From positions 381,362,001-381,426,000 of the forward strand of contig CM126202.1 in the NCBI GenBank assembly GCA_052327205.1: a stretch of 64,000 bases of DNA, written 5' to 3'. Position 1 is the stretch's first letter, and each line of letters begins with the position of its first letter. This stretch comes from Somniosus microcephalus (taxonomy: Eukaryota). The notes beneath the pieces were generated by a model, which did no database searches, was not told where the DNA came from, and worked only from the letters and a program-made list of their open reading frames with translations. Positions 1 through 12,519 of the stretch are shown piece by piece. The position numbers were made by a program, and so were the translations under genes.

Positions 1-1326
1 CAACATGCTTTGGGTCCAGCATGTATGCTGCAGCATGAATCGGCTTGACACAAAATTCTTGACGCGTCTGTATGAATTGAACAATTGCCTTCTCCTCTGC
101 TTTGAGCAGCAGGGATGTGGGTAGGGCAATGCTGATTTGTTCTTTTAAATCAGTAAAAAGCCTGAGAACATCTGACAAGACAGCGTCATCTCCTTCAATC
201 TGAGCAATTGCAAATGCTACTGGTGAGAGTAGTTTAAGGCTGCTAACCACTCTCTCCCAAAACACATCATCCAGCAGTATTTTCTTGATGGTGGTTTCCA
301 TATCCCCAGACTGGGATATTGCCATTTCTTGCAGCGACTTCTTACCCCCCGGAAGGCTGTTGTACATTATGACAACACCACCCCATCTAGTGTTGTTGGG
401 CAGCTTCAGTGTGGTGTTCTTGTTCTTTGTCATTTGCTTGGAGTTGTAGGTTGCTGCAACTACCTGTTTTCCCCTGACATACTTAACAACTTGCTTGGCT
501 CTCTTGTACAGTGCTTCCATGGTTCTCAAACCCATGATGTCCTTGAGGAGCAGGTTAAGCCCATGAGCTGCGCACCCAATAGACGTAATATGAGGGTAGG
601 CCTCCTCCACTTGAGCCCAAGCAGCCTTCATATTTGCAGCATTGTCAGTAACTACTGCAAAGACCTTTTGTGATCCAAGATCGTTGATGACCGCTTTCAG
701 CTCATCAGCAATGTATGTGCCTTCGTGTCTGTGCTCTTGAAGAACACTGGGAGAGGAGTGGAGACGATGTCGTTTATGATGCCCTCCCCTCGTACATTTG
801 ACCACCCATCTGAGATAACTGCAACACAGTCTGCCATCGCTATCGTTTCTTTGAGCTTTCCTTGGACTCTGTTATACTCAGCCTCCAGCAAATAAGTAGA
901 CAAAGCATGTCTGGTGGGAGGACAGTATGCAGGACGAATAACATTGAAAAATCTCTTCCAGTACACATTGGCTGTGAGCATGAGGGGTGAGCCTGTTGCA
1001 TATACAGCTCAAGCAAGGCACTCATCTGCATTCTTCTGGCTATGGTTATCCATTGTATCAAAGAACCTTCCAAGTGGGCCAGGAGTTGCTGATGATAAGG
1101 AGCCTGATGCTGAATGAGAACCATCATCTTCTTGAATGGAAGCAGAGGAACTCTGGGCTGACTGCTGTGAGCTTTGAGTGAAGTTGTTGCATTTGGATAA
1201 ATGCTGCTGCATCTTTGTGGCATTCTTTACATATGGCTTTCTACAGTGTTTGCACATGTACACAGTCTTTCCATCTTTAATGCCTGGGGTAAAATGCTTC
1301 CACACATCCGACGGTAAACGTGGCAT
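1..1326 (-). pseudogene. Disrupted hAT transposase (BED zinc finger + DUF659-like catalytic region)
   Basis: MPRLPSDVWKHF...MCKHC...MQQHLSKC (BED finger), ISDGWSNV (first catalytic Asp), then VVTDNAANM, CAAHGLNL, NTRW and HAAAYMLDP motifs. In-frame TGA at 1009-1011 and a frameshift near 720. Confidence 0.88.
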
Positions 1327-1999
1327 TGTTCTATGCAGAGAAATAAAGGGCATTCATCTCTGTGTCGAACTGCGGTCGATCAGCACGATTGCAACAGGGT
1401 GATTACATTTTTGCTGATGCTCCATGTGATGGAAGCATGACCTGTACACACACGATGCTATATCACCAATAGTGTATTATTTTGTATATTTTAAATTGAA
1501 GGACAACAGAGTTCAACAAGTAACTGGTTTATTTGGTATAAAGTCTGATTTACTTACTGCATCATCACAACATCAGCAGAAAACAAAATGACTTCCCTCA
1601 GGACCCCTAACCTGGATCTTAAAAAAACTATAGCAGTCTTACAGATGCCTGCAGGCCAATCACAATTCGATATGCAAATATTACAAATAGAGGGAGCTAA
1701 TCGCTCATCCACTCATCCAACCAATCAGGACACATTTGTTCAGTCACACACAAAACTTGTAATTATTAAAACAAGCCAAGTAAGAAGATAAACATATATT
1801 GATTAAGAAATTCCTTAATAATTAAGATTCCATCTCTGTTAGTAATTTTAAGAGAGGACCTGTGGAAAAAAAAGAAAGAAATACAAAAAAAAACAATATT
1901 ATGCTAGCATGTGCTTTTTTGGGCAAAATTCCCAAGCTAAACTTCCCGTAGAAAATTTCCGGAAATTTACCGGAAACTTTCCACCCCTTTGCAACCCTA
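1..1999 (-). mobile_element. hAT-superfamily DNA transposon (5' portion; continues left of the window)
   Basis: Minus strand begins TAGGGTTGCAAAGGGGTGGAAAGTTTCCGGTAAATTTCCGG at 1999, a TAGGG-type hAT terminus with subterminal TTTCCGG repeats. It encodes a BED-finger hAT transposase. CR1 sequence starts abruptly at 2000. Confidence 0.9.
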
Positions 2000-4290
2000 G
2001 TAGTGATCATAATTCAGTTAGATTTAGCATAGTTATGGAAAAGGACAAAGTTAGACCAAGAGTAAAAGTTCTCAATTGGGGAATGACCAATTTTACTAAG
2101 CTGAGATGTGATTTAGCGAAAGTGGATTGGAAAAAGCTACTTGAAGGTAAATCAGTGTCAGAGCAGTGGGAGGCATTCAAGGAGGAGATAGTGAGGGTTC
2201 AGAGCACAATGAAAAAGGGTGGGACTCCCAAATCTAGAGCCCGTGGATGTCAAGAAGCATACAGGATAGGATAAGACAATAAAGGGAAGCTTATGTCAGA
2301 TACCGAGCACTCAATACTGCAGAAAGCCTAGAGAAGTATAGAAAGTGTAGGGGTGAAAGTAAAAAGGAAATTAGGAAAGCAGAGAGGACATGAAAAAATA
2401 TTGGCAAGTAAAATCAAGGAAAACCCTAAGGTGTTTTATAAAAACATAAAGAGCAAGAGGATAACTAAGGAAAAAGTAGGAGGGCCTATTGGAGACCAAA
2501 AAGGTAACCTGTGTGTAGGCAAAAGACATGGGTATGGTTCTGAATTAACACTTTGCGTCTGTCTTCACAAACGAGGGGGACGATGCAGACATTGTAGTTA
2601 AGAAGGAGGACTATAAAATATTGGATGGGATAAACATAGTGAGGGGAAATATTAAGGGGTTTAGCATCTTTGAAAGTAGATAAACCACCAGACCCGGATG
2701 ACATGTATCCCAGGCTGTTAAGATAAGCAAGGGAGGAAATAGCAGATGCTCTGACCATCATTTTCCAATCCTTTCTGGCTACAGGCATGGTGCTGGATTA
2801 CTTGAGGACTGCTAACGTTGTACTGTTGTTTAAAAAGGGATCAAGGGATAGATAATTACAGGCCAGTCAGACCTTGTTGGTGGGCAAATTATTGGAAAAA
2901 ATTCTGAGGGACAGCATTAATCGTCATTTAGATGGGCACGGATTAATCAAGGACAGTCAACATGGATTTGTTAAGGGAAGGTCATGTCTGACTAATTTGA
3001 TTGAATTTTGAGGCAACAAGGAGGGTCGATGAGGGTAGTGCATTTGATGTAGTCTACATGGATTTTAGCAAGGCTTTTGGCAAGGTCCCACACAGCAGAC
3101 TGGTCAGAAAAGTAAAAACCCATGGGATCCAAGGGAAAGTGACCAGTTGGATCCAAAATTGTCTCAGTGGCAGGAAGCAAAGGGTAATGGTCAACAGGTG
3201 TTTTTGTGACTGGAAGACTGTTTCTAGTGGAGTTCTGCAGGGCTCAGTACTAGGTCCAACGTTCCCTTTAAGCTCAGGACCAGCTTTTTTAATGCTAAGT
3301 TTCGCGCATGCGTGAAACTGTGATAGGGCCACACAACCCCTTAAAAAGGGCTATGCATCCAAAAAAAAGGGAACATTGACTAGGTCCCTTGCTTTTCGTA
3401 GTATACATCAATGATTTAGACTTCAATGTGGGGGCATGATTAAGAAGTTTGCAGAAGATACAAAAATTGGTTGTGTGTTTGATAGTGAGGAAGAACGCTG
3501 TTGACTGCAGAAAGATATCAATGGACTGGTCAGGTGGACAGAAAAGTGGCAAATGGAATTCAATCCGGAGAGGTGCGAGGTAATGCATTTGGGGAGGTTT
3601 AACAAGGGATTACACAATAAACGGTAAGATACTGAAGTACAGAGGGACCTTGGCATGCATGTTCACAGATCCCTGAAGGTAGGACAGATAGATAAGGTGG
3701 TTAAGGCAGCATACATTCCTTTATTAGCCAAAGGCATAGAAGAGCAAGGAAGTTATGCTAGAACTATATAAAACACTAGTTAGGCCATACCGAGAGTACT
3801 GTGTACAGTTCTGGTCACATTACAGGACAGATGAGATTTACAAGGACATTGCCAGGACTGAAGAATTTTAGCCATGAGGAAAAATGGATAGGCTGGGGTT
3901 GTTTTCTTTGGAATAGAGGCCGAGGGGATATTTAATTGGTGTATAAAATTATGAGGGGCCTAGATAGAGTGGAAAGGAAGGACCTATTTCCCTTAGCAGA
4001 GAGGTCATTAGTTGGGAGCATAGATTTAAAGTAATTGGTAGGATTAGAGGGGAGTTGAGCAGATACATTTTCACCCAGAGTGGTGGGGGTCTGAAACTCT
4101 GCCTGAAAGGGTGGTAGAGGCAAAAAGCCTCACCGCATTCAAAAATTACTTGGATATGCCCTTGAAGTATCATAACCTACAAGGCTAAATACCAAGAGCT
4201 GGAAAGTAGGATTAGGCTGGAGAGCCTTTTTGGCTGGCAGACAATGGGTCGAATGGCCTCCTTCTGTGCTGTAAATCTCTGATTCTATGA
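2000..4290 (+). mobile_element. CR1 LINE, ORF2 (end of endonuclease, RT) to 3' tail, degenerate
   Basis: SSDHNSVRF, DVVYMDFSKAFGKVPH, SGVLQGSVLGP motifs; many frameshifts; typical 3' end (gaatggcctccttctgtgctgtaa...attctatga). Confidence 0.93.
3257..3378. mobile_element. 122-bp non-autonomous hAT MITE inserted in the CR1
   Basis: TIRs CAACGTTCCCTTT / AAAGGGAACATTG; perfect 8-bp TSD ACTAGGTC at 3249-3256 and 3379-3386; splits the CR1 GSVLGP motif. Confidence 0.92.
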
Positions 4291-4758
4291 ACATCAGGGA
4301 GCAGTTTCTTTGTTATAAATGTAGAGATAGACAATAGATGTGCTGTGATAGACAAATGTTTGGATAGAGAATTCTTGGGGTATCTTCTTTCATTTGCTCT
4401 TGTTATTGAACAACTTTTTTTTGCTAACATTAGGGAAAAGGAAAATATACCCTCCTGTTTTAAATGAAAGACTGCAGCTGTGCCCCAACTCAGCAGGGTT
4501 GAACCATCGTGGTTGAGGATTTACATAACATTGCTGCAATCAAGCCAGACACGATCATACCACTCATCTCTGGACCTCCCCTCCCTTCTCGCAGAACACA
4601 GAATCTCAAAAGTTGCAGGCAGCTCTCGAACTGTGCCCAAGATGCTCTCCTATTCAAACATTCTGAATTATGTAACAAAAGACCTGAAAATCACACAACC
4701 AGCAACTGAAAAATCAGTGGTGAGGAGGGGTACCTTGGCCACCCCATTAACTCCCAAC

Positions 4759-4890
4759 TGAAGCAGTATTAAGGTGGGCCTGTACCCCCCCTATAACAGG
4801 TTGTTTTCCCAATGCCTGTCTGAAGCAGTATTAAGGTGGACCTGTAAATGAGCAAGCACCCTGCCCACCTGTAACAGATTGTTTTAACTA
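4759..4890. repeat. Short imperfect direct duplication (~61-bp period)
   Basis: ctgaagcagtattaaggtgg(g/a)cctgta at 4759 and 4820, each followed by taacag(g/a)ttgtttt. Confidence 0.7.
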
Positions 4891-4924
4891 TGCAGATCAT
4901 CCTACACTGGTTGTGGGACCCCAA

Positions 4925-5347
4925 TTGCAATTTTCAGCTACAAATGGGAGGGTTATACACCGAGCATGCTCCACCCAGTTGGACTAGGCACTGAGTAGCC
5001 TGGCCAGCAGTCCTTAAAAGGGATTGCTGGAGGCCACTCAAATAACAACCTAGGAGGCTTTCAATTTTTTTGGGTAGTCCCAGCAGTAGTCCTGGGCACT
5101 CCCCTCCCCCCCAAAAAAACCCAGCCAGCCCATTGCTGGACCGTTTGATGTCCCCTACTGAGATCGCCCCCCCCCCCCCCCCACCACAGCCTGCCAACCA
5201 GCTCAGCGTGGGAGCCTGGCAATTTTCTGCTCTCTCAGAACTGGCTCGCTGGCTACATGCCTCAAAATGGCTCGGGCCACACCCTACCATGAACGGAACA
5301 GTCACTTCACCAACTGCGCTTGTTTTGGGCACTATTTGAAAATCACC
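4925..5347. mobile_element. Possible decayed GC-rich MITE
   Basis: GC-rich island in AT-rich flanks with weak inverted ends (gcaattttca ... tgaaaatcacc); no clear TSD. Confidence 0.35.
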
Positions 5348-7000
5348 ACCAGTGTATCTGCTTTAAAGAGAAACTTCAGGTAGAGGAAGAGGAGGCACAA
5401 GGAAATTAATAACCCTAACTTGTTGGCTCTTAATGCCCTCTGAAGTAGCCTTGAAAGCTACTTAGTTGTACAAACAATTGCTTCAAGAAGGCAGCTCATT
5501 ACCAGCTACTTAGGGCACCAATGGATGAGCAATAAACACAATGACAGACCATTACACAAATTGAGGGGGAAAACAGATACACAAACAGCTAATGAAATCC
5601 TGTCATATGATCAGGATGGTTCCATGTACATGGCACCACTGAAATTATGAAACCCAAACATTTGTCATACTGTGTTTCCAATTTTGTATTAAATTACTGT
5701 GTGCAAATTATTACCCAGCATCAATTTGTTATCAATGGCTATCAAATCTTTGTATTACTGTTGGAAAAGTCGTCAATTTAATTACCAACTGTAATTATAC
5801 CCAGGCTACCATTACAGATCCTTCCCCATTATTAAAAAAAATTCCAGCCCCCTTTTTGGACTCCTCATATCACACACCGTGCCCCACCAATCAACAGGAC
5901 AGGCAGGCTGTTTTCCCCCCTGCCAGTCACTCTATTAGGTGCAAGAGCAGTCGATTCAGCTTGTTCTCCTTCCCAACCAATTTTCTATCTTTCCCCTTTG
6001 GAAAGTCGTTTGCTTCCCACAATGCATCTCCATGACAACCAGGTCAACTGAGGCACTTTGCATTGTGAGCATCAAGCTAGGCTATTGAGATCCTAGGCAG
6101 AGTAGATGCTTCCTATGAGGATGGCAGGAAGGCAAAAATCAAAGAGCATCACCCTGTGTTGAGTATCCCTGCCTCACTTCTCAAATTCACGCAGCAAATC
6201 AGCTACAATTAAATGTGGCGAGAGCAAAAACTTTATTAGTTATTACAATAATGTTTCTGCTAAGGAATACAATTTCATTCTATTCTGTGCTCAGTAGGAA
6301 AATAACTCAAATATTTCAAAACACAAGATGGCAACACAAAACATTTGAAACAAGGAAGATGCAGTGATTAGTGCAGCCATCAATCAAGTTTTTTGGGCAG
6401 CTGAGAAAAACTGGGAATGTTCTCCTTAGAACAGGTTAAGGGGATATTTAACAGAGGTGTTCAAAATTATGAGGGGAAGGACTAATTGGATAGCTCTAGA
6501 GCTGAAAGAGCTGGCACAGGCATGCAGAGGGATTGCAGAATTGGTAGTCAACCCTGTGCCCATTTCTTGCTGGTTTACAATTATGTGGTCTACTGTATTT
6601 TGTGTGCTACGGTACTTGCATCCATCTTGTGTCTTAGCCTCATTAAGGCTCCAGAATTGATGCAAATAAAGCACCTTGCACAATTCACAGAATCACAGAA
6701 ACCCCACAGTGCAGATAGAGGCCATTTCGGCCCATCGTAATTCTGCCAGATCTCCCCAGCAATTTTATTCCTTCCATTTACCAATGTATATTTTGTAATG
6801 GGGTACTCGTACCAAAACACCTTTTAATAAAAACAATATTCTACACTGTTGCAGCAGCAGTGCAGCTCCTATTCTGCAAAGTCAAGGCGTGTCTTGGACA
6901 TACACCCAGGGCAAGTTAATGACGGTGCATTTTTTATACAAGGACAGCAAAGAAAACTAAACAAAAACTACCAACAGCAGTGTATATAAAGAAAGCTTTT

Positions 7001-7006
7001 TTTAAT
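7001..7006 (-). terminator. RPS4X: RPS4 polyadenylation signal (ATTAAA)
   Basis: ATTAAA on the minus strand about 55 nt after the stop codon, followed by T/GT-rich sequence. Confidence 0.7.
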
Positions 7007-7059
7007 TTCTTAGGTCTGCTTGCGGGGTGGTGCTATCACTGTACAGTTCTATCAGATAT

Positions 7060-7230
<171 letters not shown>

Positions 7231-7428
7231 TTAACAGCATGACCCCGATGATCACTTGTTTCCAGGCACCTTTGTAAGTTTTCACCATTTCCTCTCCTAT
7301 CCCTCCCCGCTTTGCCTGGAAAGCCACGTGACTCAGTTACATTGTCACCAGTCAGCCATGGAAACTTTTATTGGTGCATTTCACAAAATACAAAATCGCT
7401 GACAAGTTGCTACAACCAAAAGTGTGTA

Positions 7429-7759
7429 CAGGAAACTTCGTGATATCCGGCACCGGCGGGACCGGCGTGACGCCGATCTATGAAAACTTCCGGACAGACC
7501 AGCGCTAATGTTGAAGGATACGGAGGTTTTCATCTCCGTATCTGACAACAAACACTGTTGCTTAGCAACAGCTTGTAAACAGTTGGCCTGTACCTTGGAA
7601 GCGTCTCCGTAGCTTAGCAACAGCTTCAGAGAGGCTTTCCAGAGACTGACTGTTTAAAAAAATGCTAGAAGAAAAAAAACCTAACAAAACGGCTGCTGAT
7701 TTCTGCCGTTAGATCGAGGTTTCCAGACATACAACCTCCGGATAAACCAAAGTTTCCTG
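7429..7759. mobile_element. Tc1/mariner (Tigger/pogo-like) MITE in RPS4 intron 6
   Basis: TA-flanked; imperfect TIRs CAGGAAACTTCGTGATATCCGG / CCGGATAAACCAAAGTTTCCTG; related copy at 38681-39002. Confidence 0.8.
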
Positions 7760-8002
7760 TATTAGGAGGTTTTGATTAATTATACAGAGTAATGCAGAAT
7801 TCAGAATATATTCTACAATGAGTGGGAACAGATTCACTCTTCAAAAAGGCCACTTTTACTTCACAATTAAATCACTATCTTGCTCAAGTCCACTTGTACA
7901 GAATTTCTCAAAAGGGGATGAACCAGAATGCAGAAAACAACCAGAACATAACTGCCTGAATGAAATGCAATCTACCAATCAAGCTTTCAAATAGAAGGAC
8001 GT

Positions 8003-8401
8003 GCATTTCTATAGTGCCTTTCACATCCACGGGACACCCCAAAGCACTTCACCACCAGTGACATACTTAAGTGCAGTCACTGTTGTAATGTAGAGAAACA
8101 TTGTGCACAGGAAGGTTCCACAAATGGCAGCAGACCAGTTAATTTGTTTTAGTGGTACTGGCCGGGGATAAATGTTGGCCAGGACACCGGGAGAACCAGA
8201 AGCTCCTCTTCGAATAGTACCATAGGATCTTTTCCATTCACCTGAGGAGGCAAACGGGGCATCAGTTTAACTTCTCGTCCTAAAGACGGCACACCCCCTC
8301 AGTACTGCATTAAAGTATCATGTGCTCAAGTTTCTGCAGTAGGGCTTGAACACACAACCTTCTGACTCAGACATGACTGCTACCACCAAGCCACAGCTGA
8401 C
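8003..8401 (-). mobile_element. tRNA-derived Deu-domain SINE (SacSINE1/AmnSINE1-like)
   Basis: Head GTCAGCTGTGGCTTGGTGGT...GTTCAAGCCC (A/B boxes), Deu core (aaagatcctatggtactattcgaag...gtgtcctggccaacatttatc) and L2-like tail (gaaaggcactatagaaatgc). Confidence 0.8.
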
Positions 8402-8646
8402 ACACAACCGAAGCTCTGTTTCACCAGCCACACAAACTTCAGCATTGAAGAGTGGATTCTATACCAGTGTATAACAGCAAAATGTCGCATCAATATTGCA
8501 CGTCTGTGTACCTACTCAGAGAATTAACAGGCTTATAACCATGCTGCGGTTTACTGCAAATACTGGAAATGGCCGTACAGTCTTTCAATCCAGACTACCT
8601 CTGACTAACTAAAGCCACAATTGCCTAATCCATCCATGGCCAACTA

Positions 8647-8883
<237 letters not shown>

Positions 8884-10539
8884 TCAAGAGACTACAGGCA
8901 TTTAGGAATAACTCTATGGACAAATATATATATATAGCCCAGTCACATCACAAACAACTTACTACATGCACAGTATAAACACTCTGTGGAAATTAACATT
9001 CCTCAAATGTCTGTACCATAAAAAGCCCCCCGACTACCATCATGGCCTCATTACATATTTAAGTGGGGATTCATTTGCTAATCTTCAGCTAAAGAGAGCA
9101 GGAGATATACATGCTCAAGAATGAGATGTTCCCCAGGGTAGGGAGAGGAAACCAGGCAGAGTGTGTGTTCTCCTAGTCCCTATTCAATGCCCCCATTAGA
9201 AAATCCATGTGTGGGAACATCAGGCGAGGACAAGATTGCACTCGCCTGTAATGGGGTGGAGGCTGTATTTTTAAGGAAATATACATTGCAGCCTGGTTAA
9301 CAGATACACCTCAAAAGCAAGCCAGTAACATGCTTAGGTCAGGAAGTCCTCTATACACATGTTTTGATTGCTGCCACTGTATTTGGATGGAGACTGTCTT
9401 CAATAGGTCATTCAAAAGTGCTTGGCACAGATTATTGAGAATTGATTAAAAATCTATGTCTGAAGTGAAACTTAAGTCAGGTCCTTGAGGGGCAGGGACA
9501 TGGTTACTTGTGGTCCCTTAAACTAACTGTAGTTTCTGATTGTGGGGCCTTACGTGCCCGTCTGTACTTTGCTTACCAGTCTGAAACCAGCAAGTTAGGG
9601 CTACTGAGACGGTTCAATGGTAACAGATAGCCACATAAGAAGTAACCACCTTTCAATGTTCAATACCAATAATTTACCAGCTATGATGTTCAATAGATTT
9701 GTCTGGGGGTTACGTTCAAGCAGCGCTCCGATAGTGTTATTCCACCACCACAGAGAAGATTACAGGACAGCCCACAATATAACTAGTTAGCAGAAGCGCA
9801 GTGACAAAGGTTATCCGTTCAATCCCTGGATCTCACTACATAGACCTAGATAGTGGGCAGGTAAAGGCACACATTGTACCATAGGTCCACTTAGTGATGA
9901 TGAACCCAAAGAAATACCTAACATAAAAATGCTTACATCCTTTGGTGGTGTGCTGGAAGGGAGAGATAACAATTGTCTCCACCAGACACCATCACCATTT
10001 GCAGTTGAAAGGGATGTACAGAACAAAATTCTGAAAAACTTGAAGTGAAGTGGGAAAAAATAAAAATAAGACATCTGACATAATCTCCCTGGACGGTCTT
10101 AGCCAGAGGCACAAAGCAAAGGATGAAAAACTATAAAACTAAATTCTTCAAATTTTACTCTACGTCGTTAACCAGGAAGTTCCTGTGGGTGGAGCAGCTG
10201 AGTTACAAGATGGCGGAAGTACTTGGACCACAAGGAGGAATGCAGCGGTACTCCAAGCAGGTAGAAGCGTGGCAATACCAGAATACGCTCAGCTATTCAG
10301 CCACCAATTTGCAGATTTCACAGAATGTATGGAATACAATACTCAAAAATGGCAGTAAAAATCTCAAAACCCCGAAAAGCAGAATTTGATTTCACATAAA
10401 ACATTGACCCCGATTATAATGTTAAACCCATATCGCGTTCCCACAATGAGAAATTTACAAGATAAACTTTGAGGACAAGCGAATGTTGTAGTATGCAAAC
10501 GGCAAGCCATTCCAACAATTGTTCTAGCTCCTTAAATAT

Positions 10540-11100
10540 AATAATAAAAGGGAAGAGCTAGACACACAGCAGAAAGGATTGGTGACCAACAGTATGGTGA
10601 AAGGTAGGTTTTGAAGGAATGTAGAGGCAGCAAGGATTTAGGGAGTGTTGTAGATCGCAAGAAATGCAAATGACAAATTTGTGCAGGGTGCATAACAGGG
10701 TTGAAGAAGGTTGGAAGATAAATCCATGAACAGACTCATGGATTAGGACTAGGGTTTTGAATATCATGCTCTGGAGATGGAAAACCAATGGAGTGTAATA
10801 GAGGAGTAGTGGGACTGGATACTAAAAATATGGAGCGTTGGACAAGTTGCAGTTTATGAGGGGCAAAACTAGAAAGGCCAGTAAAGGGATCTTTGGAGTA
10901 ACTGAACCAGGAGGTGACAGAATCATGGATAAAGGGTTGCAGTAGTGGTTGAGCCGGAGTGGGGAATGTTGTGGAGGGGGAATTAGGCGGTCTTGAGTTG
11001 TGGCTGGGATGCAGAGTTGAAGGGAAGGAATGTAATTGGGCTACGGTACAGCATTTCTTTTTGGAAACAGCTATAAGGATAGTCTGAGTGTTGCTGATAC
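10540..11100 (-). mobile_element. Old, highly diverged L2 LINE fragment
   Basis: Residual similarity to the younger L2 copies at 18335 and 33425 (gtaggttttgaagg, gggttttgaatatc, catggataaaggg; KLQLVQ-like remnant). Confidence 0.6.
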
Positions 11101-11144
11101 TAAACTTTAAAGTTCTTACCCAGCACCAAATTGTGAATGAACCA

Positions 11145-11367
11145 GAGCTAGACAGCCCAGCGGTGATTACAGAGCAAGAGCTAGACAGCCCAGCGGTGAT
11201 TACAGAGCAAGAGCTAGACAGCCCAGCGGTGATTACAGAACAAGAGCTAGACAGCCCAGCGGTGATTACAGAGCAAGAGCTAGACAGCCCAGCGGTGATT
11301 ACGGAGCAAGAGCTAGACAGCCCAGCGGTGATTACAGAGCAAGAGCTAGACAGCCCAGCGGTGATTA
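11145..11367. repeat. 33-bp minisatellite, ~6.8 near-identical copies, in RPS4 intron 5
   Basis: Unit GAGCTAGACAGCCCAGCGGTGATTACAGAGCAA starting at 11145, 11178, 11211, 11244, 11277, 11310 and 11343. Confidence 0.97.
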
Positions 11368-12279
11368 TGGCATCAGATAACAGCAGAAAGTTACTGCTGT
11401 CCATACCTGGCATACATGTGAACGCTGACCTCATAGTCCTCAATGTTCAAACAGACACTCTCGTAACAAAGAAAGCTACTAAAACAAAGCCACACTTTCA
11501 TAGAATGTACAGCACTCAAACAGGCCATTCGGTTGCTCCACACGAGCCTCCTCCTACCCCATCAGCATAAACTTCTATTCCTTTCACCCTCATTTGTTTA
11601 TCCAGCTTCCCCATAAATGCGTGTACCATATAAACAAAAGTTAGCTGTGGCTGGTGGTGGGAAGGAATGATCGAGCAATCACCATAAATACGTTTTCATT
11701 GATGTCCTGATTAAACAGCTGCCAAGTGTAGAATAACTTACTGTATTTGTGCAAACCCCCAGAGTCAGGTATATAAATTGCACCTATTCCACGTTCGAGG
11801 TACGGTAAGAAATAGAACACTATTTAAATGGATCCTTAATAAGGGATACTTAACATATACATTTTATAAGTGATGAGTATTTAGAATTAAATTTAAGTCT
11901 AATTTCACTCTGCATTTTCTCACTCCTTGCAATGTCTTTAATTTGTCATTTAAAGGCAAATATTCACTGAATTTATCTGGAACATTGAATTCCACCCAGC
12001 TTCAGCCCAGAAAAATCACACTGATCGTAATTTACCAGAAAATTTAGATTTTACCTAATGAAATTCTCTAGCATTGCATATTGCCAGGGGGGAGTCTCCT
12101 CTCTATTTCTCCCTTTCCCAAAGAATCTTATGGTGAGTTTGTGTCCTGTCATACAGACATTTGGATCCAATTTCCACCATCCCTAAATGAGCAGAGGCAA
12201 AGGCCTGGAAGCATTTTGATTATAAATGTCTCATAACTCAGTAAGGGTATTGTCCAATTTGCGACGATAACCAAAATCA

Positions 12280-12519
<240 letters not shown>

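Noticed and set aside
4934-5339. 132-aa and 89-aa ORFs with poly-Gly/poly-Pro
   Set aside because: Caused by C homopolymer runs in a GC-rich, probably repeat-derived segment.
6012-6026. GCTTCCCACAATGCA, identical to the motif at the RPS4 promoter
   Set aside because: Isolated ZNF143-like match with no CpG island or snRNA/tRNA gene nearby; cannot support function.
11088-11570. 160-aa (+) and 235-aa (-) repetitive ORFs; array superficially like CRISPR
   Set aside because: Produced by a stop-free 33-bp tandem unit. There are no unique spacers and no cas genes, and it lies in a vertebrate intron.
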